Assembly (NCBI GenBank): GCA_965206695.1
Contig: CBDBKM010000002.1
Location: forward strand, 96,001 to 160,000
DNA: 64,000 nucleotides
Source of the DNA: Chlamydiales bacterium
Lineage (GTDB): Bacteria > Chlamydiota > Chlamydiia > Chlamydiales > JAAZZY01
Direction: 5' to 3'
The translations under genes and the position numbers were made by a program. A model generated the notes under the pieces. That model made no database searches and was not told the DNA's origin. It saw only the letters and a list, made by a program, of their open reading frames with translations. Positions within the stretch are counted from its first letter, which is position 1, and each line of letters opens with the position of its first letter. Shown piece by piece: positions 1 to 16,400 of the stretch.

Positions 1-217
1 CACCAAAGTTATCAGTAAACAAGCAACAATATCCCTCAACAGTAGTATTTTGCATGTCCATTTGCTGAATAAGGCTCGCAATTTCTATTTTAGCATGATT
101 GACTTCAGTTTGAAGCATTGCTTTTTTTAATTGCAATGTTGGTAAATACTTTTGCAATTGATTAAGCTTATACTGCTGTAATCTTAACTCATTTTTTGTC
201 AGTTTTACTTGAGCCAA
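1..217 (-). CDS. atpD: V-type ATP synthase subunit D, 5' part (runs off window start)
   Basis: Manual translation from TTG at 217: [36 protein letters not shown], matching the chlamydial NtpD N-terminus. GAGG RBS upstream; follows subunit B. Confidence 0.9.
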   Translation of the reverse strand, partial: MAQVKLTKNELRLQQYKLNQLQKYLPTLQLKKAMLQTEVNHAKIEIASLIQQMDMQNTTVEGYCCLFTDNFG

Positions 218-230
218 AACTAAATCCTCA

Positions 231-1541
231 TCATTCCTTGTCCTTGTCAGGCCAATACTTATCTATAATCGATTGTTTGATACCTACTTCATCTTCCTTA
301 AAACACTCTGCTAACGTTCTCCATGCAAGGTCTAAAGCTTCCTCTAATTCTAAATTCACTTGCAAATTCATCATTCTACTTTCGAAGAGCTCTGAGAAAT
401 GCAATAATTTTTCGTCCCATTTAGATAGTTTGAAACCCATTGCTTGACGCTCTCGAGCTTTTTTAGATTCGGCATATAGACGGATCATATTATTAGCAAT
501 ATCTCCATGATCTTCTCGTGTTACTTTACCTATTACCTGTTGTTTTAAGCGTGACAATGAACCAAAAGGATCAATATATTTGTTATGTAAATAAAATTGT
601 CCCTCCGTGATATATCCTGTGTTATCCGGAACAGGATGCGTAACATCATCTCCCGGCATCGTCGTAACAGCAATAATCGTTATCGAACCACTTCCTTCGA
701 TATCCACAGCTTTCTCATAACGGGAAGCTAAATCAGAGTAAAGAGACCCCGGATAACCTCTATTAGCAGGAATCTGGTCCATAGTAATTGCAATTTCTTT
801 CAATGCATCCGAAAAAGCGGTCATATCCGTTAATAAGACCAATACATTTTTGTCTTGCACGGCAAATTTTTCAGCACATGCTAATGCCATATCAGGGACT
901 AAAACACATTCTACTATAGGATCAGTTGCTCTATGCGCAAACATAATCGTTCGATTCATTGTTCCCGATTCTTCTGAATTTGTAATAAAGGCTTGGTAAT
1001 TATCAAAAGTCAGCCCCATTCCTCCAATAATAACAACATCAGCATCGGTTTGATTAGCTATTCGCATCAAAAGCTCATTGTAAGGTTCTCCTGCAACAGA
1101 AAAAATAGGTATCTTTTGAGATTTAACTAAACAATTGAAAATATCAATCATAGGAATATTGGTACGAACCATTTGCCTAGGAATAATTCTTTTAACAGGG
1201 TTAAAGGATGGGGTACCAATTGGAAGCTCTTCTCCAATAATATCAGGTCCATGATCAATCGGTGTACCGGCACCATTTAATCTTCTTCCTAATAAAGTAT
1301 CTCCAAAAACAGCAAACATCTCTTTATTCAGGAAGGTTACTTTATCCCCGGTATTAATTCCTCTAGTACCGCCAAAAACTTGCAAGGTTACCTCGTTTCC
1401 TTCAAAACGCAGTACAGAAGCATAAGTAGACGTGCTATCCCCTTTTTCAACAGTAGCCAGCTCACCCAATGCTACATCTTCAGCAGTCACTGTAATAAGG
1501 TTCCCGCGCATGCTATTAATTCTATCATGCACCTTTTTCAT
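231..1541 (-). CDS. atpB: V-type ATP synthase subunit B
   Basis: 436 aa; [18 protein letters not shown] and [11 protein letters not shown] motifs. Confidence 0.97.
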   Translation of the reverse strand: MKKVHDRINSMRGNLITVTAEDVALGELATVEKGDSTSTYASVLRFEGNEVTLQVFGGTRGINTGDKVTFLNKEMFAVFGDTLLGRRLNGAGTPIDHGPDIIGEELPIGTPSFNPVKRIIPRQMVRTNIPMIDIFNCLVKSQKIPIFSVAGEPYNELLMRIANQTDADVVIIGGMGLTFDNYQAFITNSEESGTMNRTIMFAHRATDPIVECVLVPDMALACAEKFAVQDKNVLVLLTDMTAFSDALKEIAITMDQIPANRGYPGSLYSDLASRYEKAVDIEGSGSITIIAVTTMPGDDVTHPVPDNTGYITEGQFYLHNKYIDPFGSLSRLKQQVIGKVTREDHGDIANNMIRLYAESKKARERQAMGFKLSKWDEKLLHFSELFESRMMNLQVNLELEEALDLAWRTLAECFKEDEVGIKQSIIDKYWPDKDKE

Positions 1542-3324
1542 CTTTTTTCATCTCCGCTTTCTTCGCAATTTCAATCATTTCTTCAATTTTGGCCAAACCC
1601 TTCTTATATTGCTCTGAGTTGAAAGAGGTAAAATTTAAATTCTTTACTGCATTTTGCAAGGTAAGGAAAAATTGCCTTACCTCATCATGATGTGTTAACT
1701 TAATATCCAAATCAAATATACGGCAAATCAATTCAAAAAGAGGTATTTGACGCTCTAAAGGAGCATAGGTATCTTCTTTATCAAAAGCATTTTGCTGTAA
1801 ATAACTAAAATCATATAGCTCAGCTTTAAGATAAATGATCATATCCTCTATGCCGGTTCCTTCTTCGCCTACAACTTCCATACGCTTGCCAATTTCATCC
1901 CCTTCTACTAGAATTTGAAAAGCTTTTTGAACCCTAGCACTCCAGTTGGGAAGTTTTACATTCAATTCCTTTCCTACTGCATCAACATATTTAGACCATG
2001 AAATCAACGGGTCAATAGCAGGATATCTTCTTGAATCAGATCTGGCTCTTGATAAACCTAAAAAGGCACCAACTACAGATAAAGTTGCTTGAGTAACAGG
2101 CTCCTCAAAATTACCTCCTGCAGGAGAGACTGCTCCTCCGATAGTAATAGAACCCGTACTATTATCATGAAGTTCTATAACTCCGGCTCTTTCATAAAAT
2201 GCTGCGATTCTTGATGCTAAATAAGCAGGAAAAGCCTCTTCACCGGGAATTTCTTCTAAACGACCTGACATTTCCCTCAAAGCTTGAGCCCATCTTGAGG
2301 TTGAGTCGGCTAAGAGTAAAATATCCAGACCCATTTGACGATAATATTCTGCAATTGTCACTCCCATATAAATAGACGATTCTCTTGCTGCTACCGGCAT
2401 CGAAGATGTATTACAGATAATAACGGTTCTATCCATCAGAGCCCCTTCCGTGTAGGGATCTGTTAAATAAGGAAATTCCTTTAAGACTTCTACGACTTCT
2501 CCGGCGCGCTCTCCGCAAGCAACGACAATAACAATGTCTACTGAAGAATACTTAGAAAGATGATGTTGCAAAACTGTTTTTCCTGCACCAAAGGGTCCGG
2601 GTGTACAAAAATTCCCTCCTTTTAATAAAGGGAACTGGGAATCGATAACTCGTTCTCCGGTAACCATCATTTCGGTCGCTTTAACTTTTTTCCCTTCCAT
2701 CAAAGAATTTTTTACCGGCCATTGTTGTACCATGGTAAATTCATATTCTTTGCCGGCCTTATTTTTGCCTTTGGCTACAACCGTATCAATATTATAAGAT
2801 CCGGGCTTAATCACCCATGTAAGAGCAATCTTATCATAAATATTAAAGGGAAGCATAATGCGATGAGTAAACCGCTTTTCAACTGTTGAGCCCAATGTAT
2901 CGCCTCGAACTAAAACAGCTCCTTCTTCTGCAACAGGCTTGTAATCCCAATTTTTCTTTCTATCTAAGGGATACATATAAATGCCTCTGGGAAGAAAATA
3001 ACCACAAGTCGAAGCAAGATCCTCTAATGGATTTTGTAAACCGTCTACAATACTACTTAATAACCCGGGACCTAATTCTGCGATTAATAACTGTTCGGTA
3101 AAATGCACAGGCATATTTAATTTGATACCCTTAGTATCTTCATAAACTTGAATCTTTGCTTCATTGCCCAAAATTTCAATAACTTCAGCTTTTAAAAGAG
3201 CCCCATTCATATCTACCATAGCCACTTCACCTTGACGAATATTGCCTTCAAAACGCACTTGAAGTAAGTTTCCAAAAGCTTTGATAACAGTACCGGTGGC
3301 TTTACTCTCTTTTACTTGACTCAT
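1525..3324 (-). CDS. atpA: V-type ATP synthase subunit A
   Basis: 599 aa; Walker [28 protein letters not shown]. Confidence 0.97.
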   Translation of the reverse strand: MSQVKESKATGTVIKAFGNLLQVRFEGNIRQGEVAMVDMNGALLKAEVIEILGNEAKIQVYEDTKGIKLNMPVHFTEQLLIAELGPGLLSSIVDGLQNPLEDLASTCGYFLPRGIYMYPLDRKKNWDYKPVAEEGAVLVRGDTLGSTVEKRFTHRIMLPFNIYDKIALTWVIKPGSYNIDTVVAKGKNKAGKEYEFTMVQQWPVKNSLMEGKKVKATEMMVTGERVIDSQFPLLKGGNFCTPGPFGAGKTVLQHHLSKYSSVDIVIVVACGERAGEVVEVLKEFPYLTDPYTEGALMDRTVIICNTSSMPVAARESSIYMGVTIAEYYRQMGLDILLLADSTSRWAQALREMSGRLEEIPGEEAFPAYLASRIAAFYERAGVIELHDNSTGSITIGGAVSPAGGNFEEPVTQATLSVVGAFLGLSRARSDSRRYPAIDPLISWSKYVDAVGKELNVKLPNWSARVQKAFQILVEGDEIGKRMEVVGEEGTGIEDMIIYLKAELYDFSYLQQNAFDKEDTYAPLERQIPLFELICRIFDLDIKLTHHDEVRQFFLTLQNAVKNLNFTSFNSEQYKKGLAKIEEMIEIAKKAEMKKDEKGA

Positions 3325-4100
3325 TCTTTATCCTTCAAAATTGTATCCACTATTTCTTTTCCTTTATCCTGATTGTGCTTCAACCAACCATCCACTATAA
3401 TAAGTTGAGATAGATAGCATAAGATATGATCTAATCTAAAAACATCACCGTCTTCCATATTAAGTAGTGTATTCAAACGATATTTGGAAATTTCTTCATA
3501 TAACTGTAAGGGATTATCAACATTCTCTAAAAATAATCCTTTTAGATGTTCATACTCTGAAGGAGGTTCGTAAATCTCCGAATCTTTCTGAGCTAAAATT
3601 TGGGCAACCAAAACATCCGTAGGATCTTCGTATTGAAGTTCTACAGCAACATCTCTTTTTAAAACTTTAGCTCGAAAACCCAATAGAATTAAGCGTAAAT
3701 CTCTTTCAAAAACTAAATAGCGTTTCAAAAAACCTTCGGCATTTTCCATTTCATTTTGAAAGAATAAACTAACTAGTTTAGAAAAATGCTTTAGCCTCTC
3801 TTCTTCCGTATCGTACTCATGAAGAAAATCAAAGACATAATCGGGGAACTGATCTTCCACAGTTAAAATTTCTTCCAGTTCCTTTGCGTTATAATTTCCG
3901 TGCGAATCTAATTGCCTTTTTCGCCAAAAAGCCCTTAAATTTTGTATATCCATATATCGTCTAATAACTCTTAACTGCTCCATGTCATCATCATCCAAGT
4001 TTTCTTTGCAATGAACGACGAATTCATGAAAAGGCAACTCCGGCTTTTCACCTAGAATTAATGGAGGCAGTAAACTAGAGAGGAAATAATAACGATTCAT
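3321..4100 (-). CDS. DUF2764 family protein (V-ATPase operon, subunit C-like)
   Basis: Probable start MNRYYFLSSLLPPL, typical of DUF2764; lies between subunits E and A as in chlamydiae. Confidence 0.85.
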   Translation of the reverse strand: MNRYYFLSSLLPPLILGEKPELPFHEFVVHCKENLDDDDMEQLRVIRRYMDIQNLRAFWRKRQLDSHGNYNAKELEEILTVEDQFPDYVFDFLHEYDTEEERLKHFSKLVSLFFQNEMENAEGFLKRYLVFERDLRLILLGFRAKVLKRDVAVELQYEDPTDVLVAQILAQKDSEIYEPPSEYEHLKGLFLENVDNPLQLYEEISKYRLNTLLNMEDGDVFRLDHILCYLSQLIIVDGWLKHNQDKGKEIVDTILKDKE

Positions 4101-4107
4101 ATATAGC

Positions 4108-4734
4108 TTAACCTCTAAATAAAAACCGGCGAAAATCTTCACGTAAATAACTATTCAAAAAATCCCTAAGAGCTTCAGCAGAAATATCAATAGTAAGTTG
4201 CTTATCTTTTATTTCTACCTTTGCCCCGGCTTTGAAAGATCCAACCTCAATATTACCTTCCTTTAGTTTACTGATAACATTATTCATTAAATGTTTATTC
4301 ACCTCTTCTACCGAAATATGTTGAGGAACATAAGCCAAAAGGTCAGCACTTATACCTTCTTTTTCAATGCCTTCAACTATAGCATTAATTAACCTTGCAA
4401 CAATTTGAGGATCCTTTGCCTGCGAGGAAATAATCGACTCAATTTCTTCATTAAAAAGCTTTTCTTGCACCAATTGTTTTAAAGCTTCTAAAGCTTGTTT
4501 TCCCGCTTGCTCTAAAGCGGTAAGGCAGACCCGTTTATCTTTTTCAATCGTTCGTCTTGCGTCTTCAAGTATTCGAGCTGCTTCATTATTAGTTTCTGAT
4601 AAGATCTTATCCCTTTCTTTATTAGCATCAGCAATAATTTGCTCCGCTTCACGTTTTGCAGGGTCTAAAGTATCTTTACGTAAAAGATCACAAATTTGAT
4701 TTATTTTATCTTTGCCTTTTTCAAGAGTATTCAT
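4108..4734 (-). CDS. atpE: V-type ATP synthase subunit E
   Basis: 208 aa; DKINQICDLLRKDTLDPAKREA coiled-coil N-terminus; first gene of the operon. Confidence 0.92.
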   Translation of the reverse strand: MNTLEKGKDKINQICDLLRKDTLDPAKREAEQIIADANKERDKILSETNNEAARILEDARRTIEKDKRVCLTALEQAGKQALEALKQLVQEKLFNEEIESIISSQAKDPQIVARLINAIVEGIEKEGISADLLAYVPQHISVEEVNKHLMNNVISKLKEGNIEVGSFKAGAKVEIKDKQLTIDISAEALRDFLNSYLREDFRRFLFRG

Positions 4735-5169
4735 ATCACATCGCTATGGCTGAAATTTAAGGTATTCGATTGTCTCTTATTTCTTTAGAGATCAAGAGGG
4801 AGTGTATATAATAAGCACTTAAAAAACCATAGGATAATAGGATGGTTACTTCTTACTCGATAACTCTTTAACCTCTACAAGTGAAAAGGTATTTTTGATG
4901 CATATAGCGACAAAATGGGATCATCAATAAAAGGCTTATAATGAAACAGATACCATCGAGTAAGATAACGTTGGCAACACCGATAACAGGGATAAGATTT
5001 GGAGTTAAGCTTGTAACCGCCCGGGCACCGGCCAATGGAAGTAGCAATAGCCATGGCCCTACCCTGAAATTTATTATCTGCCGGGTTAGAAAACAATGTT
5101 ACAGTAGTTGTTACGGCAACATATCAATAGCAGCGACAGGGACCGCTAATAGATTAAACAACATCTTTT

Positions 5170-5342
5170 TTCTAAGAAAGTTGTAGAATATTCCATTCAA
5201 GAGCATATGTGTTCTGACATAGTAAAAACAGCTCTTAAACAAGCTTATTTTAGAAGAACTCCTGTCAACAATTTTATCCGTCATTCAGACAGAGGCTCCC
5301 GATATACAAGTAAAAGTTTCAAAATACTGTATAAAAAATATG
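5170..5342 (+). pseudogene. IS3-family integrase-core fragment
   Basis: Reads IRHSDRGSRYTSKSF around 5276-5320 (rve HSDRGSQY motif); left boundary approximate. Confidence 0.6.
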
Positions 5343-6009
5343 GGTAGTCTCTCAGTTTGAATTAAAATATTTTTATTTTGACTGAATAAGCATTTTAATC
5401 ATAATAAATAATTATGTCCAAAAAACCAAAAAAACCATTTGATAGTAACCGGCCGGCAAAATTAATTTGCGATGCTACTACAGCAGGTCAACAACTCCCT
5501 GAATTTAGAGAGGATGGCAAATGCCGAATGGAAGAAAAAAGGGTAATAAAAGGTTCTTGATTATTCATTAAAAAATGGAAATGCTAATGAACTGGAATGA
5601 TGACAAAGGAATTAAAAAAGAAATCAGAAGCAGTACAGAATGCTTGTAAAAATTTATGAGAAAGAGAGTAAAGAAAAAAGATATAGTCCATCTAAGCATG
5701 TAAAAAGTGTTGAAAGATAAGATTTCATGAAATCCGGATACCAAGTACATATCTACAAGTATCGCAGAAAGAAACAACTTAAATATACGAATGTCAATGC
5801 GTAGATTTACTCGGCTTATTAATGGATTTTCTAAAAAAGCAGAAAACCGTGCACATGCTGTTTCTCTATATTTCATGTATTACAACTTTGCAAGAATTCA
5901 TAAATCTTTGAGAATCACTCCAGCAATGGCAGCAGACATTTCAAATCATGTATGGGAGTTAGAAGAAATCATAAATCTTGTTTCCCGGAATTCAAACTGA
6001 AACACTACC
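5343..6009 (+). mobile_element. Internally deleted IS1-family element
   Basis: 21-bp TIRs GGTAGTCTCTCAGTTTGAATT (5343) and AATTCAAACTGAAACACTACC (ends 6009), 19/21 match. Transposase C-terminus STSIAERNNLNIRMSMRRFTRLINGFSKK...YYNFARIHKSLRITPAMAA. Confidence 0.85.
5414..5560 (+). pseudogene. Degenerate small basic passenger ORF of the IS1-like element
   Basis: MSKKPKKPFDSNRPAKLICDATTAG resembles the PRDxNQLAKLIVDIATG small proteins recalled as linked to this IS group. Confidence 0.55.
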
Positions 6010-6547
6010 GAAATTTTAGCGTTTTTTGTATGAGGTTTAGAGAGTGCTTAGATAGCATCTTGACGATAAAAAAACGCTTAAGACCACAAATAAGCAAACC
6101 GGAATGCCTATTATTGGAGCTTTACGACTTGAGGATATGATAATCAGGTCAAAAGAATACTCCACGATTGGAGGAAGTGAGGTCATTGACTTCTTAAAAA
6201 GATTAGAGAAGCATTCCCGGGCTTCAAAATATATGTTATTTTAGATAACGGAAGAGCCGATAAAAATAAACTGATTCAAGAATATTTAACGACTTCACGT
6301 ATAGAGCTTCTCTATTTACCCCCAATATTCTCCAAATTTAAACGCAATAGAAAGGCTTTGGAACATGATGAGGGAAGCGGTTACTTATAATAAATTTTAC
6401 AATACATTTACTGATTTTAAATTAGAGATAAGGAGCTTTTTTAAAGACAAAATCCCGATTTTAAAAGACACGCTTAAGACACGAATGAATGATACATTTC
6501 AAGTGCCGGAAGTCAATCCTGTCCGGCTTCCAATGTGAATGAGTATA
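6010..6547 (+). pseudogene. IS630-family transposase 3' remnant with right end
   Basis: Frameshifted ILDNG...LLYLPP/YSPNLNAIERLW DDE motifs; ends GTGAATGAGTA-TA; left boundary approximate. Confidence 0.85.
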
Positions 6548-6712
6548 TACTTTTCGCTACTGAAAGGTATACAAAAAAGTATAAATTATGATATTAGTTT
6601 TGCATGAACTAATTAACTCCAAATCAAAGAAGCACTTTTGAATTTCAGATAAAAAAGACCCGTGATATAAATGAACGTAATCGTTTGTGTGTGCTTCTTG
6701 CATGAGATGACG
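6546..6712 (+). mobile_element. Left end of a second copy of the same IS630 element, abutting the first head-to-tail
   Basis: TA-TACTTTTCGCTACTGAAAGG matches left ends at 24570 and about 53003. Degenerate N-terminus MN*LTPNQRSTFEFQIKKTRDINERNRLCVLL. Confidence 0.75.
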
Positions 6713-6768
6713 CTCTAGAGCCTGATCACGGGAGCTGTCAATACTATAATATAATCTTGGAATTTAGC

Positions 6769-7185
6769 ATGCCCGTATATCATCGATTAAAATTTTGCTG
6801 TCACAGTTGTCAAAATTCTCTCTCTTTTTCAGTTTCAGATCCTACTTTTCTTAATCATACATTGAGCTGCTCCAACTGCAAGCAAGCATATGTTTTTTCT
6901 GAAAAAATACTTAAAGAACTTAATCAATTTGAAGCTCTATGTCGACAGATCCACGCTTCTAAAGAAATTTTAGGTAAAGCAGCCATTGCTATTGATATAG
7001 GCCAACATCATGTTAACATCCCTTTTCAATTGTTATTAACTAGGCTGAGTTCCACTATAGAGATCGAAATTGGCGGGAATAAGACTATTGTTTCTTTTAG
7101 AATTGATACACTCAATGAAATGAGTTTTTTGAAACAAGATGATGAAAATAAATTAAAAGAAATCAGCTGTTTAAATCACTTATAA
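6769..7185 (+). CDS. Conserved chlamydial Cys-rich protein (CT312-like, CxxC...CxxC)
   Basis: CHSC and CSNC pairs, QFEALCRQIH, IPFQLLLTR; lies upstream of tal as in chlamydiae. Confidence 0.75.
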   Translation: MPVYHRLKFCCHSCQNSLSFSVSDPTFLNHTLSCSNCKQAYVFSEKILKELNQFEALCRQIHASKEILGKAAIAIDIGQHHVNIPFQLLLTRLSSTIEIEIGGNKTIVSFRIDTLNEMSFLKQDDENKLKEISCLNHL

Positions 7186-7289
7186 TGATTCTCATTACAG
7201 ACAAAGGCATAGGCAATAAAATTTTGATAGTTTATAAGGTGGAGTTTCAATTACTTATACTTTTTCAATTGCAAAAAGGGAGCGAATAA

Positions 7290-8255
7290 ATGGCCAACAA
7301 CCTACTTAATCAACTTAAGGAAATGACAGTCGTCGTTGCAGATACCGGAGATATTAATTCTATAAAAGCGTATTCTCCTACTGATGCAACAACCAATCCT
7401 TCATTAATTTTTGCAGCAGCTACAAAGCAACCTGAATATCAGGGACTGGTAGATGGTGCTATTAACTATGCCAAATCTCAATCAAGCAATATTGAACAGC
7501 AAAAAAAAGATGTTATTGATAAGCTATTTGTTAATTTTGGCACTGAAATTCTTAAAATCGTTCCACGAAGAGTTTCTACTGAAGTCGATGCAAGACTCTC
7601 TTTTGATATACAAGGCACTATTGAAAAAGCCCATAAGCTTATTGGTCTATATGAAGCGGCAGGTATTGATAAAAAGCGAATTCTTATCAAAATAGCGTCT
7701 ACTTGGGAAGGGATGCGAGCAGCTGAAGTCTTACAAAAAGAAGGGATTCACTGTAATATGACTCTCCTTTTTAGTATGGTTCAAGCTATAGGGTGTGCTG
7801 ATGCTAAGGCAACACTTATTTCACCTTTTGTAGGGAGAATTTTAGATTGGTATAAAGAAAATGAGAGACCGGAAGGCTACCCTGCTGAAGAAGATCCCGG
7901 CGTTTTAAGTGTCACGCAAATTTTCAATTACTACAAAAAATTTGGTCATAAAACAGAAATTATGGGAGCTAGCTTTCGTAATACAGGCGAAATTATCGAG
8001 CTAGCCGGTTGTGATCTTCTAACTATCGCACCTAAACTTTTATCTGAACTACAAAGTACAGAAGGAAACTTAGTTCGTAAACTTGATGAAGGTATGGCTA
8101 AAAAATCTAACTTACAAGAGATTAAGCCGGATGAAAAAGCATTTCGATGGATGTTGAATGAAGATGCTATGGCTACTGAAAAATTAGCCGAAGGCATTCG
8201 TAAATTCACAGCAGATCTCATTAAATTAGAACAATTCGTCCATGATAAATTGTAA
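7290..8255 (+). CDS. tal: Transaldolase
   Basis: [35 protein letters not shown]. Confidence 0.97.
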   Translation: MANNLLNQLKEMTVVVADTGDINSIKAYSPTDATTNPSLIFAAATKQPEYQGLVDGAINYAKSQSSNIEQQKKDVIDKLFVNFGTEILKIVPRRVSTEVDARLSFDIQGTIEKAHKLIGLYEAAGIDKKRILIKIASTWEGMRAAEVLQKEGIHCNMTLLFSMVQAIGCADAKATLISPFVGRILDWYKENERPEGYPAEEDPGVLSVTQIFNYYKKFGHKTEIMGASFRNTGEIIELAGCDLLTIAPKLLSELQSTEGNLVRKLDEGMAKKSNLQEIKPDEKAFRWMLNEDAMATEKLAEGIRKFTADLIKLEQFVHDKL

Positions 8256-8896
8256 TGGATTTAACTTCTCTTAAAAGAATTTATAATGATGATATCAAAC
8301 CTCTTTGTTTAGAAACATTTGAGACCCATCCTATTGATCAATTAACAAATTGGTTTAAGGAATTTATCAGTCAAAATATAAGTAACTGTAATGCTATGAC
8401 CCTATCGACATGTAATAAAAAGGGACACGTCTCATCTAGAACCTTATTATTAAAATATTTTGATCATAATGGTTTGCTTTTCTTCTCTCATTATAACAGT
8501 CATAAAGGTATAGATCTGAATGAAAACCCATCTGCAGCAATGACATTTTTTTGGCAAGAAGTTAATCGCCAAGTCTGTATCGAAGGGGAGGTAACAAAGA
8601 CTTCAATAGAAGAATCTACCGCTTATTTTCATTTACGGCCAAGAGATAGCCAAATCGTTACGTGGTCATCAGAACAAGATAAACCCATTAGCTCAAGACA
8701 AGAGTTAAAAGCTAAAATAACAGAAACAGAAAAACAATTTATTGATAAAGAAATTCCTCTTCCTTCTGACTGGGGAGGCTATCGTCTCACTCCTAAAAAA
8801 GTTGAATTTTGGCAAGGAGGACCGGGTAGGCTTAATGACAGATTCTATTATAGTCTGAAAGACACCCAATGGAATCTACAACAACTATCCCCATAA
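8255..8896 (+). CDS. pdxH: Pyridoxine/pyridoxamine 5'-phosphate oxidase
   Basis: SSRTLLLK, YFHLRPRDSQ, WGGYRL, EFWQG...RLNDR. Confidence 0.93.
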   Translation: MDLTSLKRIYNDDIKPLCLETFETHPIDQLTNWFKEFISQNISNCNAMTLSTCNKKGHVSSRTLLLKYFDHNGLLFFSHYNSHKGIDLNENPSAAMTFFWQEVNRQVCIEGEVTKTSIEESTAYFHLRPRDSQIVTWSSEQDKPISSRQELKAKITETEKQFIDKEIPLPSDWGGYRLTPKKVEFWQGGPGRLNDRFYYSLKDTQWNLQQLSP

Positions 8897-9138
8897 TATT
8901 AGATTTTAAGAGTTATTGACCTCTTTTAAAAAAAAATCGAATGATATTACTAATAGGCCCGGAATCCAATTGTCTAATCTATACACTTTTATAACCATCT
9001 ATTGATTCAATAGCCATCGACCTGAGAATATGGAGACGCTATATGGAGTATAACCACAACCCCGTCTTCAGTATTACTCAATAGAAACCCATTTTCTTTC
9101 ATAGCATCTAGAGCATGGCTCACTGCAGCTCTTTTTAT

Positions 9139-9175
9139 AAAAAAAGCCCTCTAAAACAGATGTTATTAGAGGGCT
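9139..9175 (-). terminator. Rho-independent terminator of the rpoBC operon
   Basis: AGCCCTCTAA/TTAGAGGGCT 10-bp stem followed by a U-run on the minus strand, about 30 nt after the rpoC stop. Confidence 0.8.
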
Positions 9176-9203
9176 AAATATTTAATATTTCATTCATTAT
9201 TGA

Positions 9204-13440
<4,237 letters not shown>

Positions 13441-13450
13441 TTATAATTTG

Positions 13451-16400
13451 TTACTCAGTAAGTGCTTGCGTTTGAACATTTAAAGCTAGTCCCTGCATTT
13501 CCTTAATTAATACATTAAATGATTCAGGAGTACCTGCTTTCAATATATTTTCCCCCTTTACAATAGATTCGTAAATCCTAGTTCGTCCGGCAACATCATC
13601 TGATTTCACTGTAAGCATTTCTTGTAGTAGATGGGCTACACCATAGGCCTCTAAAGCCCAGACTTCCATCTCTCCAAAACGCTGTCCACCCATTTGCGCT
13701 TTACCACCAAGTGGCTGCTGAGTAACTAAGGAATAAGGACCTATTGATCTAGCATGAATTTTATCTGCAACTAAGTGAGAGAGTTTCAACATATAAATGT
13801 ATCCAACGACAACTTTATTATCGAACCTCTCACCGGTTCTTCCATCATAGAGATAAAATTTGCCATCTCTCGGTAATTTTTGGGCTTCCATCATTTTCCA
13901 AATTTCTTCTTCCGGAAATCCTTCAAAAACAGGACTCTTAACATGAATACCCGCTTTAAAAGCAGCAAAACCCAAATGAGTTTCTAAAAGTTGTCCCATA
14001 TTCATACGGGAAGGTACGCCCAAAGGATTCAGAATAATTTCAATTGCTTGACCGCTAGCCAGATATGGCATATCTGCTTCCGGTACAATTGAAGATACAA
14101 CCCCTTTATTACCGTGACGACCGGCCATCTTATCCCCAACTTGAAGCTTCCGTTTCGTAGCAATATATACCTTCACTTGTCGAATAACGCCTGAATCTAA
14201 CTCCGTATCACCTTTACGCATATATTCCATTTCGGATTTTCTTCTTACTTCAAGCTCATTAGATTGGATTTCATAGTCATGAAGAATGCTTTTTAACATA
14301 TTATAGATCTCATTATCTGACATAATAAGGTCTTCAACTTTTTCATTTTCAAATAAATGAATGACATCTTCAGTAATTAATTCACCATCCGGAATAATTA
14401 TCTCAGCTGTCTTACGATGAATAACAGCTCCCGGAGCTTTTTCATTTAATAATAGGGCTCCTAATTTATCTTTTCTATCAGACTGAATTTGTTGTCTCTT
14501 ATATTTGAATTCAACTTGAAGATCCTTTATTCGATTAGTCTCTTCAACTAATTCATCATCTGTTTTTGATAAACGATCTCTACGACTAAATACTTTTACA
14601 TCCATTACGATACCCTCAGTTCCGGGAGGAACTATAAGGGAAGCATCTTTAACATCTGCTGCTTTTTCTCCAAAGATAGCTCGTAATAAGCGTTCTTCCG
14701 GTGCAAGTTCCGTTTCAGTTTTTGGTGTTATTTTACCAACTAAAATATCTACGGGACCTACTTCAGCACCAATTCGAATAATTCCATCATCGCCAAGATT
14801 GTTTAATGCTTCTTCTGATACGTTAGGAATATCTCTTGTAATCTCTTCCTTTCCTAACTTAGTATCGCGAGCGCTAATTTCAAATTCTTCTAAGTACAAT
14901 GAAGTATAATAATCCTCACGTACTAATTTTTCAGAAATGATAATCGCATCCTCATAATTGTATCCACACCAGGGCATGAAAGCAACTAAGACATTTTGTC
15001 CTAAAGCGATTTCGCCTTTATCTGTTGCGCCCCCGTCAGCAATGACATCCCCTGCTTTGATTTTATCACCAACTTGGCAAAGTGGTTTTTGGTTAATTGC
15101 GGTTCCCGCATTTGAACGTAAAAATTTTTTAAGCTCATACTTGGTTTTCTCTTCAGAAAGATCATCCGTAGCGATAACGATTTCGTATCCATCTACATAA
15201 TCAATGACCCCATCCTTTTCAGCAACTAAAACAGCCCCGGAATCACGTGCAGCTCTTGCTTCAACTCCGGTGCCAACAATGGGTGCATTTGGCTTTAAAA
15301 GAGGAACAGCTTGTCTTTGCATATTCGTTCCCATCAAAGCTCGGTTCGCATCATCGTGTTCAAGAAAAGGTATGAGGCCGGTTACAATAGAAACTAACTG
15401 CTTTGGCGAAACATCCATATGTGTTATTTTTTCAGCTTCAATTTCAAGAGGATCACCACGATAACGTGCCCAACAAATTGGATTGGTAAACATCTTAAAC
15501 TCATCTAATGGAGCAGATGCTTGCGCAATAACACATTTTTCCTCCTGATCCGCCGTCATGTATTCAATCTCATCTGTAACAACCCCATCACGAACGATAC
15601 GATACGGTGTCTCAATGAATCCAAATTCATTTATTTTTGCGTATGATGATAATGATGTTATCAAACCAATATTTGGTCCTTCAGGAGTTTCGATAGGACA
15701 AATTCTACCATAATGACTGAGGTGCACATCTCGAACTTCAAAACCCGCTCTCTCTCTATTCAAACCACCGGGTCCTAAAGCAGAAAGGCGTCTTTTGTGA
15801 GTCAGCTCAGCTACAGGATTTGTTTGATCCATAAATTGAGATAATTGAGAGCGACCAAAGAAATCTTTTAAAACACCGGCTAAACCTTTAGCAGAAACAA
15901 TTTTTCCGGGAGTTAAGGTATCAGAAGAGAAATCGAACAAATTCATTCGTTCTCTAATGATTTTTTCCATTCTCGCTAAGCCCATTCGACATTGATTTTG
16001 TATCAATTCTCCAACAGACCTTACTCTTCGATTTCCAAGATGGTCGATATCATCAACATTTGCATCTTCATCGCCTCGTTTTAAACGAATAAGATATCTA
16101 AGAGCTTCGATAATATCTTCTTTTCTTAAGGTAACGACCTGTAAAGATTTATCATCAATTTCAAAACCTAACTTACTATTTAGCTTATAACGACCAACTT
16201 TTCCTAAATTATATCTTTTAGGATCAAAAAAGAGTCTCATCATAGCTGATCGGGCATTCGATAATGTAGCCGGTTCGCCCGGTCTGATTTTGCGATAAAA
16301 ATCTTTTAAAGCAGATTCATATGAATCCGTTGGGTCCTTAGCAAGCATTTTTATAATAGGACTATTTTCATCAGCATCTTCTGCAATCCGAATCAAACGG

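Noticed and set aside
4941..5186. 81-aa ORF MKQIPSSK...
   Set aside because: Lies in IS debris with no recognisable family; the opposite strand looks more like a decayed gene
8900..9135. Possible coding remnant between pdxH and the rpoC terminator
   Set aside because: Short, stop-interrupted and unassignable
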